Source of the DNA: the human T2T-CHM13v2.0 reference genome, Homo sapiens
NCBI RefSeq assembly: GCF_009914755.1
Contig: NC_060930.1
Length of the DNA: 64,000 nt
Reading direction: 5' to 3' (one strand)
A model generated the notes under the pieces. The model did no database searches, had not been told where the DNA came from, and was given only the letters and a program-made list of their open reading frames with translations. Of this stretch, positions 17,948 to 40,833 are shown in pieces. The translations under genes were made by a program, and so were the position numbers. The stretch's first letter is position 1, and each line of letters begins with the position of its first letter.

Positions 17948-18391
17948 AGTTTTGAACACTTCTTGTGTGCATCTTACATCCTTTTGGCCGCACCTCTTAC
18001 TCTAGCCACTGCTTTGGTAATTAGTTCTCATAGGTTTAGACTAGGTGCATGCAGTCTTATTCTGATAGTGCCTTATCTTAGTCTCCAGTTCCTGCCCTAG
18101 AACTTCTCTAACACCGAGTGGTGGTATCCACAGAATTTCTGGACACTCATGCAGGGCAAACAAGAAGTTTAAGGGAGTTAATATTCATGAGGTCATCTCT
18201 GACCAGATGGGGATGGGAGCCAATGAACAAAAGCTTCCATCTTTTGTACCTGGCAAACAGTTCTGAGATGCATCTCAGGAGGTTTCACCCTCTTGCTCCT
18301 CAATCCTGCTCATTGGGACCACTTCCCAAATAACTACCTGCACCCAGACTTTGTTTTGGGTCCAAGTCTCAGGCAAACCTGGGGTGAGACA
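17948..18391 (+). mobile_element. LTR16-family LTR (ERVL)
   Basis: 3' end gggaccacttcccaaataactacctgcacccagac...gagaca, followed by internal leader. Confidence 0.75.
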
Positions 18392-21453
<3,062 letters not shown>

Positions 21454-21880
21454 CTCCCTAGCAGCTTTGCCCTTTAGTAACAGGAGATAAATGTATTTTT
21501 AAAATTATCTCAGTGGCCCTCTGGCTTTCAAAACAAGCTTTGAATTGGTAGTAGTTTGTCCTGAGTCTATCATTTTCTTTTTTGAAGGCTTTTGATTCTG
21601 TTAATAGCAGTAAGGCCATTCCACAATTTTCAGTCATAACTGCTCCCATACTTTTTAAGTACCACAGCCATTGCATATCCCATTGCCTCACCTTCTAGCT
21701 CCACCTAATATCAATTAATTTCAGGTGAAAGACAGTACTTGCGATATCATTGCACATTGGGAACTTCCACCCCACTTACCGCTAATACTGGAAACCCTAT
21801 TGCTTTCAGAGCTCTGAGTAATCTAGTACCAAAATCTCATCCTAAGGGTCTGCTCTCAAGGGTCACCCCTTGATACCAAC
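21454..21880 (-). mobile_element. Second ERVL internal 5' leader/gag start, opposite orientation
   Basis: Reverse complement begins gttggtatcaaggggtgacccttgagagcagacccttaggatg, homologous to 18392 onward. Confidence 0.75.
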
Positions 21881-21884
21881 TGTC

Positions 21885-22813
<929 letters not shown>

Positions 22814-23884
22814 TTCTGAGCTTTTGTTGCTTAGAAAGCAGTGCCTGAGGCCAAGGCTTATGTGCTACAACTTAATTAGGGAGGGCAATTCCCTAGTAGG
22901 GATCGGGAATTAGGGAAAAGTAGAGTGAGGCAGGGAAGGAGGGAAATGCAATTGGAGGATAGCTATTAAGAACAACTGATCCCTTGATCTTGGGGAACTG
23001 TTATTGAAAGGGATATATATGATTGCTTCTCAGGACAGTCCTCTGATGTGTTAAAGGGAGAATTAGTTGTTGGCTCCTGTTTCCCTTTGGTCAAAGAATC
23101 TTTCCAGTGGGTGTTAATCCTCCTGCACTCCCTGAATGTACATATGCAGACATACCCAGCATCAACGGGAAAGCTGCGGGACAGGATGTCAGAGGTGTGC
23201 ATGAAGTGAGGTGCTATTGGCATGCACTGAGTGAAGTTGGTTGAAATTTACACAGAGTTGGCTGCCACAATATGGGCTGAGCTGGAACAAGAGGTCAGAG
23301 GCCACAGAGAAAGGTAAGGCTGAGAGGATCTGAAGTGGCAAATAACAGGTGACTCTTATGTTGGAATGGTCTCTTGTTGTTCCTTTTTAATGTGGAGAAA
23401 GCTGAAGAAGTGGTTAAAGTTTTGTTATATTTTGCTTTGACCTAATACTTTGACAGAGATCATCAACTGCAGTTGCAAAATCCATCATGATATTTGCTGT
23501 AAACAGGATATCTAATTCAGCTGGAGCATCTCCATAAAGATTGTTCTAGGCCTCTCTGGGGATCTTCAATGTCCCAGGGCAAACTCTTCACTGTCAACTC
23601 TTTTCTGAGTGAGTATGATAGTTTTCTTTTGGAATTTTTATTTTTTCCAAACCTGGTTTCATGATTTTTAAATTTTCTGTAGTGTTTGATTTGGAGTGTC
23701 TAAAGGGTTAGATACAACCTTTGATCTATAAGGCATTCTCCAAGAGTAAACATAGATTTGTAATAACCCTTTTGAAGTTCAAATTATGTGGTTTTGGCCT
23801 GTGCTTTCTTTGAAGAGTCTCCATTTCCCCCTTAATCTCTGTGCCCAGCAAAGGGATAAACCTTCTTCTTGTGGTTGTTATTAT

Positions 23885-24080
23885 CACAGAGAATAAATTT
23901 TCCAGATGTTGCTCTGCAGATTTCCCCTCATGTTTTCTTGGCTAGAACAGTATCACCTTTTTACTCTTAGCTGCAAGAGAGGCTGTGAATGGCAGTATCT
24001 AACATTTTCACAGCCTCTTACGGGAGGCAGGTTTGGTGAAAAAGAGGAAAGGAATGGTTGTAGGAAAGGCAACCCAGCAA
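23885..24080 (-). mobile_element. MLT1 (MaLR) LTR fragment
   Basis: agatttcccctcatgttttcttggctagaac...tagctgcaagagaggctg...ggcaacccagca. Confidence 0.6.
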
Positions 24081-24340
24081 TTTCCCTTCCTGCCTCGTTA
24101 ATTTCAATCAGTCTTGTCTCCCTGAGACTTTGCCCTAGTTACCTTGACTAAGACTAGAGAGAGTGGATCTTCTCAACCATACATTTACAGACCAATTACA
24201 GGACAGGTGATTTCTATTCGTGGTTCATCTCATCTGTTATGTGTTGATTCCTACTAGGGTCACTCTCAGAGGGTGACGTTACTGTCAAGTTCAGGGAGTA
24301 CCTTTCTCTCCCCTAAACATTGATTAAGATAGGGGTCAAA

Positions 24341-24637
24341 AGTCCGGGCACAGTTGCTCATGCCTGTAATCCCAGCACTTTGGGAGGCCGAAGTGGGCAG
24401 ATCACCTGAGGTCAGGAGTTTGAGACCAGCCTGGCTAACATGGTGAAACCCCGTTTGTACTAAAAATACAAAAAATTAGCCGGCTGTGGTGGCGTGCGCC
24501 TGTAATCCCAGATACTTGGGAGGCTGAAGCAGGAGAATCACTTGAACCCGAGAGGTGGAGGTTGCAGTGAGCCAAATCACGCCATTGCACTCCAGCTTGG
24601 GTAAGAAGAGCAAAACTCCATCTCAAAAAAAAAAAAA
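24341..24637 (+). mobile_element. Alu (Sq-like)
   Basis: TSD aagataggggtc. Confidence 0.95.
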
Positions 24638-26190
24638 GATAGGGGTCGGAAATCTGACCTCGGCAATTTTAAAACAGCTCTGAGTTTGAGTTTCTATTGT
24701 GTTTTGAGTTTGAACCCCCTACAGCCACTTTACATATTTGTTACTTGTTTGACTCATGAAGCATTTGAGCCTGCAACTTCTGGGAAAGAAATCAACTGCA
24801 AATTCACTGGGTAAATTGCATATGAGGGAATACAGATTAATATTCCAGAATAGAGAAATTTACTCCTTAAAGTACCAAACATTTCTAATTTTAATTTTCT
24901 TGAAAACATATCTTTCCCCTTTTGTTTCTCCTCTACATGGTAAGGTTTTACAGGAATATTTAAGTCAGACATTTCCATTATGGTTTTTTGCTTCTTCCTT
25001 CTGTCCTTGCATCTATAGTTTCTTCTTTCAATTTGCTGCACCATCCGCTTTGGCTTTAGAAAAAGGATCACTGAGCTTGAAGGAGTTTTGTCTAAAATAA
25101 AAGTAAGTGGTATCTGACTTGTGGATTCCTTTGTTTCCCAACAGTGTCTGTCTAGGACACCTGCTAAGTCACCTATGTTTGTATTTGATCTCACCACTGT
25201 CTAGAAGAGACTCTCTTTGGAAAGATCCAAGGAAGAGGGAAACCTTTGAGAACTTTGAATCAGCAGCCTCTATTTCTGATTTTAATACCTTATTTGACGA
25301 AGGCCTAGAGACACTTTGTCACACAGGCAGTTAGTGGAAGAGGTGGGAGGGAACTGAGGTCTTTGGTTTATTCCATGCAGGTGAAGATAAACCTCTTTGG
25401 ATAGCCTTCCCTGTTTCTCCCACATCAAGTGGAAGACCCATGGGAAAAAGGCAGGATTCTGTCTTGTTCACAGCCACATTCACAACACCCTAAATTCACA
25501 TATCGGGTACTCAGGAATGATTGGATGACTCAATACTATATTTTCCAGGTTCCTTTCTTTTTGGTATATTCTTACTCTCACTATGTTCTTCTAAACTGGG
25601 TTTTGTTGTGAGGGCATACTTGTGAGGAGCAAAGGACTATGAAAATTAAAGCCTTTGCAAGTGAATATCTTTGTATGCTATTACTGCATCAGGACAGAAT
25701 TCAAGGAGCAGAATATGGGAGTGTTGATCTGAACCTGAATAAACCTGGAGAATCATACTATGGAGGATAAGAAGGGACAAGAAAAAGAGAACACTAGGGC
25801 AGGAAGATGTCTTGGCGGGACAGGGGAGTCAAGGCATTTTTTGTAGAGCAACCCCAATGAGAAAATACTTTCTCGTTGGGGATGGGGTAGGGTGAGAACA
25901 CTCTCTCTACTGTTTATCTTTCCCTGTGGAAGAACTTGTTAGAGTTGTACTCTTGGCCTCTCTCCATCCCTGGAAGGAAAAACTGAGCTTGCTCTATACA
26001 GCCTCTTCTTTTCTCTCTTAAAGACCCTCCTGCCTATTCTGCTCTCTGTTGTGTTTTAAGGGGCCTGCCTTTGAGGAACAGGCATGTGGTGGGCCTTGTC
26101 TTAAGTCAGAGGTAAAGCCATAGAAGCCTGCTGTGGCCATTCATCAAAGCCATGTTCTACTATCCATGCTCTTACTGGTAACCAAATTGA

Positions 26191-26900
<710 letters not shown>

Positions 26901-28981
26901 GTCTCCCACAGCTTTTCAAATAAAGAACTGTGAAGAGAGAAAAATGTTTTGGAAGAAGGAAAGAAAGCTCTGCAAAAGGCAATGTGGGCTAAGATAGGGT
27001 ATTCTCAGGCAAGAAAGATTGTCTTCTAGAACCCACTGGTCCAATTTGGTCCATTTGTATGAATGTACTCTTTGCACTTACTTCAAGGTTGAGCATTCTG
27101 TGAAAGAAAACTTTGGGCTCATGTTCACTCCAGGGAATGGTTTAGGTTTCAGGGTGGTTTCTTTTGTTTTTCCGTGTATCCCCCTGATCCTCTTTTTTTC
27201 CTCTTTCTTTTTTTTGCCTCCATAATCTTTTGTCTGGTGTTGACCCTCAATAAGCCACCCTGGCTAATTCATGCTAGTTCTCTGTGCTTTGGACACCTTG
27301 TAAAACCTTACTGTGGCGAAGTTTCTCCATTTGTAAAATGTAGCAGGATTGGTAATACTGATTTCCTTATCTTAGCGTGAGTTAAGATTAATTATATACA
27401 TTTTGCAGCATACTTTGAAAGTATGTGATTAGGTGCTAAAATTTGTGTTTGTACAGATTTAAGTATTTTTGTAGCACATACCCATTTAAATTTAAGGAGT
27501 ATTTTTATTTTTCTAATGGCTTCTTTAAAATATTTTAAAATCAGTTGCATAATTCTGACAAGTGGGATCTTCTGAATAAATCTCAATTCTAATTTCCCTT
27601 TCCCATGATTGTAAACTGTGGGACATTTGTAATAATCTTTGCTGAGTCAGTTTCCTTGGGGGAGGGATTTGTTTCATTTCAAAACATCCTAACAAAACTC
27701 CAGCCCATTGACAAGCAGTAACTTGCAAACTAGGGTCGTTGCCCAGGGAGCAGGGAGGGATCACAGACACAGGCAGGAGGAGAAGGGTTATGGTGTTGGA
27801 AAATGCTACCTGGAGGTTGCCAAAGATGGACCAGGTGGGAAAACTGCACAGCAATTCACATACCTTGAGCAAATCCAGCAGGCAGTAGGAAACAATAAAA
27901 AAGGAGGAATCCTCTCCAGGGACAGGATAAAGGATGGGTAAAAGCAAAGCTGGGAGGATTGGTTAATAAAGATTCGAACTTTCATCTGGACTCATGTTTT
28001 CCTGCTTTGTTCAATAAAGTAATTATTAAGCCTCTGATGAGTGTGGAGAGGTGGAGAGGCTCAACAGAAAGCAATGAGTCACTCCTGGGAGCTGTTGGGG
28101 AAGGTCATCTTTGAGACAGTAGGAACCTGGGAGGGGCAATCTCATGATCCTGTAGAGAATTGCAACAAGTTTTGCAACTGCCCCACATCTCCCCAACCCT
28201 TGGGTTTCTATGGTATTGCTCTGTATTCCAGCTAGTGTCACCAAATGATTAGCCTGGTTCTTTGTTAACCTTTATCCTAACCTTCAAGTCTGCTAAAGTG
28301 AAGATTTGTTTAAGGCTAGAGGCAAAGACATAAAATTTCTCTAGACTTCCCAAATACCATTTAACTTTTCTAAAATATTTGAATGTGACTGAGTAGTTGC
28401 ACAGCAACTAAAACCTTCCCATCACAACGCCCACCTCGTCTTCCTTCCATTCTCCCTATATCCAGTAGTTTAACTCCCTGGGTAAGAACTTACTGAGATT
28501 TATTTTCACAAAGTCATAGCATTTAGCCGGTAATTCGTTCTAGCTTTTTGAGCATCTGCTAATATGTGGTGGGAGATCTTAAATTCAACAGACTCATTTT
28601 TAATGAATGTCAAATAGGAACTAATCTGTCATGATTACATTATTTATTTTCTAGGAGAGACAGCAATTTGTCATGTAGATAAGTACATCCCTCTCTTTAT
28701 CAAGAGAGGGAAACAGATGAGCAGGTTTTTTTTGTTTGTTTGTTTTTTACATTCTCAGTAAACAAAGAGACCTTGGGATTTGGATCTTTTCCCTCTTCTA
28801 TTTTTTTTTATCATCTCAACTTGCCTAAATTTAACTAAGTTGCCCTTCAAAATTTTTTTTTATCAAAATGTAAGTAGGAATTTAAAAATTAATGAGAAAA
28901 CAAAATGATGTGGTTCTGAATAAAAATGAGGAAGAGCTGAATGTGGAGGGGTTAGCAGGGCTGTTTAATTGACCCCCATAC

Positions 28982-29290
28982 GCAAGTGCTGTTGATAGAA
29001 ATACAACATGAGACACATATAGAATTTTAAATTATATAGTAGCCGCATTAAAGAAGTAAATGAAATAGGTGAACTTGACTTGAATAATATATTTTATTTA
29101 ACTCAATATATCTAAAATATTATTTCAACATGTAATCAATATAAAACTATTAATAAGGTATTTTACATAGTTTTTGTACTGTCTTCGAAATTTGATGTGT
29201 ATCTTCCATGTACAGTGTAATCTCAATTCAGACTAGCTACATTTCAGATCTCAACATTCACAAGTTGCTCGTGATCCCCATATTGGACCC
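28982..29290. mobile_element. MER33-like hAT-Charlie MITE
   Basis: gtgctgttgatagaaatacaacatgag...agactagctacatttcag...catattggac. Confidence 0.8.
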
Positions 29291-30080
29291 CTAATTCTGG
29301 GAAATTATCAATTCCGTTTCATGGTGGTATTTCACTGGATTTGCTTTGGAACTCAGAGCCTGGATCTCTTATGAAAAGCCAGGCTTTGCTTGTGTATTTT
29401 AAAAGCAAACTGTTAGTTTCCTTCTTAACTTTAATCTTCATTTCCTCTTGGCTCAGCACACTTGAAATAATATTCTAGAAACCCATACTGGGTGAAAGGG
29501 GTTAGGGGAAACTGGATTGTGTCAGGGAAAGGTTCAAAGCCAGGCTCCCTAAATGGATGCCTCTCTGTTTAGACTGGACATTTCTTTCTCATGTGGGAGG
29601 TCCTCCAGCTGGTCTACTGTAGAAAAAAAAATGTTTATAATGTAACAAAGTCTAAGCTTTAGTTCCTAGTCTGAGCACAATAATTCACATTAGATAGTTA
29701 ATAGAAAAATAACACTTTCACACTTGATTCTTCAAGAGCAGTATTCTTTTCTCACATAAAGTTGCACTTTACTGGTAGTGACGATGGCATGGAGTGAAGG
29801 CTCCTTGTCCCGTGAGAGTTGGTGGAGTGACCTAACACGAGTTAGACCACAGGGTCTTCACTGCACCCAGTTATCCAGAATTCAGGAAAGTGGGGGAATC
29901 CCTGACTCTCTGGCTCCATTCCCTTTTCTGAACTTTAACTTCTAGGCAGGGAGCCCTAAGTCTTTCTTCTTTTACCCCCACCCTCATCAGGTACAGGATG
30001 CTTGTTCCAAATTTTTGAGCACCTGTTGATCACCTAGAGTGTAATTTCCGCAGCTTGGCAGACAGCTGTGCTGTAGGTGA

Positions 30081-30497
<417 letters not shown>

Positions 30498-30866
30498 TAA
30501 ATGAGGTGATGCGTGTGAAAGCATTTTAGAATCTGTAAAACTATACACACTTCAGTTGTTAATAGTGTTGTGGCAAGGTTCCAAGATATATTCCTGCTGA
30601 ATTCCCTGGCCATTCCAACTCTTTTTTAAGCTCGTGGAGGTGCTTAACCCCACCCTATCCTGAATCTCAGCTCTGTCAGATTTGTTCACTCCTTTTCCAA
30701 CTGTCTGGTCCCATAATCCTTATTAAGTGGACAGTGGCCCACATGATCACACACCTGTCCACACTGAGGGCTGGGGCAGACACTTAACCCGAGCTGGGCC
30801 ATGTAAATTTTTCCTATCTAGATATGGAAATTGGGACCAAAGGAGTTTATTAATCACTTAAGTTGT

Positions 30867-31104
<238 letters not shown>

Positions 31105-31112
31105 TTAGAATT

Positions 31113-32620
<1,508 letters not shown>

Positions 32621-32923
32621 CAAATCAGATGTGGGCATCTATGTTTGGCTCATGCATGTGCAAATGAAGAGAGGATGCTAGTATTTTCAGAGTGAGAGAG
32701 AAGAGAGAGAAGACAGAAGCAGAGATGAAAGAACATGTGGAGAGAGAGAGAACAAAAATAAGCTTTGGTTCCTAATATCTGTACCTGGTTCTTGTCTCTC
32801 TTGAGGCCTGGCTGTGTTGCCCAATTTAGAGTTCTAGGAAATTTCCATGTATTTTTCCAATAAACTCTCTTTTTATTTAAACTTATTTAAAAGGGATATA
32901 TATATATATATAATTTAATTTAA

Positions 32924-33254
<331 letters not shown>

Positions 33255-33749
33255 TAGAGACTTTTGATTACTTTAGACCCCACAATGTGTAGTCCCTACT
33301 CAGTTTGCAGTAGCTGAAGAATGAGTGAGTAGCTCTGCCTGAGGGAGCTGAGGAAGGCATCCTGAAGGATGATCAGGCATTTGTCAGGCAGATGACGGGG
33401 AAGACATTCTAAGGAAAAAGCTTGGGTGAGTTCAGGAGTCTGCTTCGCCCTTATGGGTGTGGTCATGCTTAAGGACAGAGGAAGCACGCAGTGGCATTCA
33501 CTTTTGCCCTGGAGGTTATCTGAGCAGAGAGAATATCTCACAAACTAATGCCAAGGCCACTTCTCTATTGTCTATGGGTTAATGCCAGCCCTGTTAGGGA
33601 CTATCCAGTGAATTAAAAAAGCCCTGCCAACCCCAGGCGAGGGTTGGGAAGCAGTGTTAGTAGCACCTGGGGGTCTGGGGATGACTCATCGCACAGGTAT
33701 CATTAACCCCCATTCATTCACTCGTTAATGAAGAAATAAGAGCAGGAAT

Positions 33750-33960
33750 TTGGCAGAGGGACAGTTCTAGACTCAAGTCCATCTCTCACTCTAACTGGCT
33801 CAGTGATCTTAAGCAGGCATCTAACTTTTTTGAGCCTCCGTTTCTTTACCATTTCTATAAAATGGTAATAATAACACCTTGGAGGCTGGTTTTACGAGTT
33901 AAATATGATCATATACATTAAGCATATGTATAGTAACTGGTACAGCTTAGAGATTAAGGC
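33750..33960 (+). mobile_element. MIR
   Basis: gtgatcttaagcaggcatctaactttttgagcctccgtttc...aaaatggtaataataacacct. Confidence 0.7.
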
Positions 33961-34581
33961 ATGCTAATTCCCTTTCTTCTTCTCTACAAACATTTGGAGG
34001 AGCTACTGACTACAAGGCATTATGCCAGGCAGGGAGGAAACAAAGGTAAATCCATTGTACACGGATTATGTCCTCTGGGAGCCTGCAGCCCAGTAATGGA
34101 GGAGATAAAGTCAATGGTAAGTGCACAGATAGTTACAACACAAGACAGAGAGCGTGAGGTACCATGAGAGGTGGAACCAAGATTGCAACGGGAAGGCCAT
34201 GTCTATGCCCTATGTGTCTGCTTGTGAACTGACCTTCTTCATGGTTGGCAGTGCCCCTTACTGGATTAAAGGATGTTCTATGTTGTTTGTTACAACATGT
34301 TGGTGTCTTTAATTTGGAAGTTAAAAGAAAAAATAACAGAAAGGAGTTTTTGCTTCTATGAGGAAGGGGTACTCTATCAAAATTACCCAACACCATCCCT
34401 GAACTACGGGTGAGGACAAACCTGGCTCCCCCAATCTTTGCTGGAGAGCCGAAGCCTCTTCGGGTCCCATTGGGTCCAAGTGCAGCAGAACCTGGCTCTT
34501 TGGATCAGCGACATTAATCTGCTTTGTTTTATCTGCGGTGTCACAAAGTTTAGTTGAATGATCTGATAGAAAGTACAAACC

Positions 34582-34878
34582 GGCCGGGTGCAGTGGCTCA
34601 CACCTCTAATCCTAGCACTTTGGGAGGCCGAGGTGGGCGGATTGCCTGAGCTCAGGGTTTTGAGACCAGCCTGAGCAACATGGTGAAACCCCCTCTCTAC
34701 TAAAAGACAAGAGAAACTAGCCGGGCATGGCGGCGTGTGCCTGTAGTCCCAGCTACTCAGGAGGCTGAGGCAGGAGAATTACTTGAAACCGGGAGGCGGA
34801 GGTTGCAGTGAGCCGAGATCGCACCACTGCACCACTCCAGCCTGGGCAACAGAGCGAGACTCCGTCTCTAAAAAAAAA
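34582..34878 (+). mobile_element. Alu (Sx-like)
   Basis: Perfect 14-bp TSD agaaagtacaaacc. Confidence 0.95.
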
Positions 34879-35254
34879 AGAAAGTACAAACCACAGCCTG
34901 ACTCTGAGAATAACTGGGAGGAATCCCCTGCTGTCACACACTGGGAATCAGAGCGGCACATCCTGCCCTTGCAGGGCCCTGAGGCTCTAAAAGCAACATG
35001 TTCCAATTGGAAGCATATATTCTGCAAGGGTTTGTCTCCAGGCAGCGCTACAGCCTCCTCTTCTGGCACCATAGAGACTGTTGCTTCTGTCAGGATTTCT
35101 GGCACCAGCAAAAGTGAAAGGGAACAGGACCAACTACGCTTCCCTGAGCAAGGTGGATCTTCTGGGCAGCACCTTGGTGAGAATACACACCACTGAGCAG
35201 CCTAGACTGGTGCTGATTAGGTGAAGGGTGGGCGGCCAGAAGGACAGATTTTCA

Positions 35255-35282
35255 TGTGTGTGTGTGTGTGTGTGTGTGTGTG
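35255..35282. repeat. (TG)14 microsatellite
   Basis: Read directly. Confidence 0.95.
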
Positions 35283-35479
35283 AGAAACATAACTCAATGC
35301 TTCATCTCCCCTGCCTACATTACATTCACACTTTGTGAATCTGACAGCCTGTGGGTTTGGGCTGTATTTGCAGCTTTATTAGGCATTGCAGCAACTGAAC
35401 AGGCTTTTCTTCTTCTTCCTTTTTTTTTTTTGAAACTACAGTTTCCCCTAGCTTGTGTTAAAATTCTCAGACTTTTCTT

Positions 35480-37045
<1,566 letters not shown>

Positions 37046-37765
37046 CTTTTTTTAAAAGGACAGCTGTGATTCCACTTTATGTCACTGGGAACTGGAGCCT
37101 TTTGGTAACAATGAGATGCAGGGATCTAACTGTGTATTCAGGATGCTGCTCTAGCCCATTTCCTGCTTGCCACGGGGTATGTGGATGGGGCTGGAGGTCA
37201 TTCTTATTAAAATTCTTCCTAAAAATCAAGGCAGAAAGAAGCAAGAACTTTCTGGGCAAGATAAAGGGGACAACTTGAAAGGGTACTGAACTGGAGATCA
37301 AAGAGCCCTTCATGCTGCTGGCTTTTGATGTTAGCATTAACTGCACACACTGTGGTCATTAATTAACTTGTGTTCAGAGCTTGCTGCATTCCCCCACCTA
37401 CTGTCTCCTAATCAGCAACCCTCCACTCAAGGCCAACATCATCATTATCAAGTTCTGGGACTTGATGTGAGGGTGCCTTTGGCTGCTGTGGGCACTCGGT
37501 GCTGCTGGAACAGCCCTGGGGAAGAGCTTTGAAGCACACTTACAGAGGCTGTAAAATCTGAGAAAGTTGGGACCAGAAGTCCTGCCTACTGGATCATGAC
37601 AGGCAGACTCCATGGCTTTTACAGGCTTGTTGGAGAAAGTGGAGTTTCGATGAAACATAAGTGGTGCTTGTTTTCATTCCATGTAGCTAGTAAGCAGGGC
37701 ATGTTCAGGGAAGAATCCCGTTCTTCTACTCATACTCCCTTTTGTCTTCCTCGGCTCCATGCCTC

Positions 37766-37858
37766 TTGTTTTAGAAATTAATTTATCTATGTAGCTCTGA
37801 GGAATAGAAATTAATTTGTTTTAGAAATTAATTTATCTATGTAGCTCTGAGGAATAGA
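37766..37858. repeat. Perfect 43-bp direct repeat with 7-nt templated spacer
   Basis: ttgttttagaaattaatttatctatgtagctctgaggaataga at 37766 and 37816. Confidence 0.95.
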
Positions 37859-37971
37859 TATACATATCCCTCTAATAGCCTTTGACAGAGGTGCCAATAC
37901 AGCCCTAAAGGCAACAAGGGAAAACAGAGGACTGAGAAGTGGGAAAAGGAAACATGGAGAAAATGGGTGTC

Positions 37972-38160
37972 TACAGGTAACACTAATCTATGGTGATAGA
38001 GGCGAGATGAGTGGCATCAAATGGGAAGGGACACAAGGGAACGTTTTGGGGGAGTCAGAATATTTTAAATCTTGATCTCGGTGGTGGTTATGCGCATAAA
38101 TTCATCAAGTGCACACTTAGATCTTTGCACTTTACTAAATGTAAGTTATACATAAAAAAT
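37972..38160 (+). mobile_element. L1MC/ME-like 3' end
   Basis: actaatctatggtgatagagg...tcttgatctcggtggtggttat...cactttactaaatgtaagttatac. Confidence 0.75.
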
Positions 38161-38599
38161 GAAGTCTGCCAGGGAGTTTCGCTTTCACTGGCCATCTGTG
38201 CTTTACCATCAACTTCCTCCTTTATACTACAGGTGTTATATATATTCCATATACACATGATTTAAACCCCTCAATTATGATGCTATAATTTTTACTTTCA
38301 ACAGTGATACGTATTTTAGAGAAAAATAATAAATATTGTTTTTTATATTTACCCATCTAGTTACCATTTGTAAAGAATGTTTTGGGAAATCCAAATTTCC
38401 ATCTGCTATCATTTCCTGTTAGCCTGAAAAACTTTCTTAAGCATTTCTTGTGGTGCAGACAGCAAACATTGTTAGTTTTCATTTATAAGAAAACGTCTTT
38501 ATTCTGCCTTCAGTCTTGAAGGATATTTTTACTAGATATAGAATCCTAGCTCTAGGTTTTACCATTTTTCCTTTTGCACCTTAAAAATATTTTACTCTT

Positions 38600-38893
<294 letters not shown>

Positions 38894-39285
38894 ATTTTTT
38901 TTTTACTCTCTTCTGGCTTCTTTTTTTTTTTTTTCCTAATGAGAAATCAGCTATCATCTGTATTGTTTTCCTGTATATAATGAGTGCTTTACTCTGATGC
39001 TTCCAAGATTTTTTTTTTTGTTTTTGGGTTTCAACAGTTTGGGTAAGATGTACATAGGTATAGTTTTCTTTGTATTTATCCTGCTTGGGGTTTACTGAAT
39101 CTTTAAATGTATGTCCTTTAGCAAGTTTGGTAATCTTCCTCTCATTATTTCTTCAGAAATTTTTTGTGTCCCATTCCTTCTCTTTTCTCTTCCTCTGGGA
39201 CTATAATTACGTGTATGTTATACATGTTATTCTTTGCTTTCTCACAAGTCCTGGAGGCTCTCCTCTTTTTCAATTTTTTTTCTGT

Positions 39286-39592
<307 letters not shown>

Positions 39593-40394
39593 ACTTTTCT
39601 GTTTTTAGATTGGGTAATTCTTTTGATCTATCTTCACATTTACTGACCCTTTCCTTTGTCATTTCCAATTCATTGTTAAGCCCATCAGTGAGTTTTTAAA
39701 ATTGCAGATATTATATTTTGTAATTCTAGTATTTTCATTTGGTTCTTTTCTATTTCTCTGTTGTGATTTTCTTTCTGCTCATTTGTTATGAGTATATTTC
39801 CTTTATATATTTGAGCATAATTATAATGGCTGTTTTAAAACTTTTGTTTCTTAATTCCAACATATAAATCATCTTAGGAGTCTCCATTGATTGTCATTTT
39901 TCTTGTATATGAGTCATATTTTCCCATTTTTTCTTATGTCTTGTAATTTTGGATCATGTTGTGCATATTGTGAATGATATAGAGACTCTGCATTCTCTTA
40001 TGTTACTCTAAAGAGTATTGATTTTGTGTTTTAGCAGGCAATTAACCTAGTTGATTTCAGTTTCTAAATTCTTTTCCTCTGTGGTGTGGCAACTGAAATC
40101 TGTTTAGTTCTTTTAGCTCGAGCTAGATTTCTTGGTATCTATCCAACATATGTATATTTTAGAGGCTGGCCAGAGATTTGGGCAGAGTTTATATGTAGAA
40201 TTTGAGTCTCCCTTCTGCGGCTATTTCCTTTCCACTATTTCTCCTTTCACTTCTCTGCTGTTATTGCTTTGAATTTTGTCTTCCGATTTCTTAGCTAGCA
40301 AGGTTTCTGTGCAAGTTTTAGCCACCTTTTGGTGGGACCAATTGGGAGTACTCTCAGACAAAGAAATAGAAAAAATTGGCAAATATCCAGTGGG

Positions 40395-40728
40395 TTTTTT
40401 GTTTGTTTGTTTGTTTGTTTTTTGTTTTTGTTTTTTTTTTCAGACAGAGTCTCACCCTGTTGCCCAGGCTGGAAGCACAGTGGCATGATCATAGCTCTAT
40501 GTAATCTTCAACTCCTGGGCTCAAGTGATCCTCCTGCCTCAGCCTCCCAAGTAGCTAGGACTACAGGTACATGCCACCATGCCTGGATAATATTTTTATT
40601 TTTATATATTTTTTGGAGAGATGGGGTCTTTCTACATTTCCCAGGCTGGTCTCAAAATTCTGACCTCAAGCCATCCTAGTGTCTTGGCCTTCCAATGCAC
40701 TGGGGTTATAAGCACATTGAGCCTGGCC
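40395..40728 (-). mobile_element. Alu (Jo-like)
   Basis: Diverged J dimer, (TTTG)n tail. Confidence 0.9.
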
Positions 40729-40794
40729 ATCCTTCTCTAAATATTGACCACCTCTAGTTTTGCCTGCTTTTAGACACTCTCAAATGGCTTCAGA

Positions 40795-40795
<1 letters not shown>

Positions 40796-40829
<34 letters not shown>
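40796..40829. repeat. (TG)~16 microsatellite
   Basis: Read directly. Confidence 0.95.

Positions 40830-40833
<4 letters not shown>

Noticed and set aside
23978-24018. 12-bp inverted repeat agaggctgtgaa/ttcacagcctct
   Set aside because: Lies in an MLT1 fragment whose consensus, as I recall it, is already partly self-complementary here; short.
24754-25197. 147-aa minus-strand ORF
   Set aside because: No recognisable motif or supporting splice structure.
34783-35196. 137-aa ORF and overlapping antisense ORFs
   Set aside because: Begins inside an Alu at a non-ATG codon; no recognisable homology or exon structure.
34340-35250. Possible CpG-island promoter
   Set aside because: Most CpGs come from the central Alu; the flanks are only mildly CpG-enriched.
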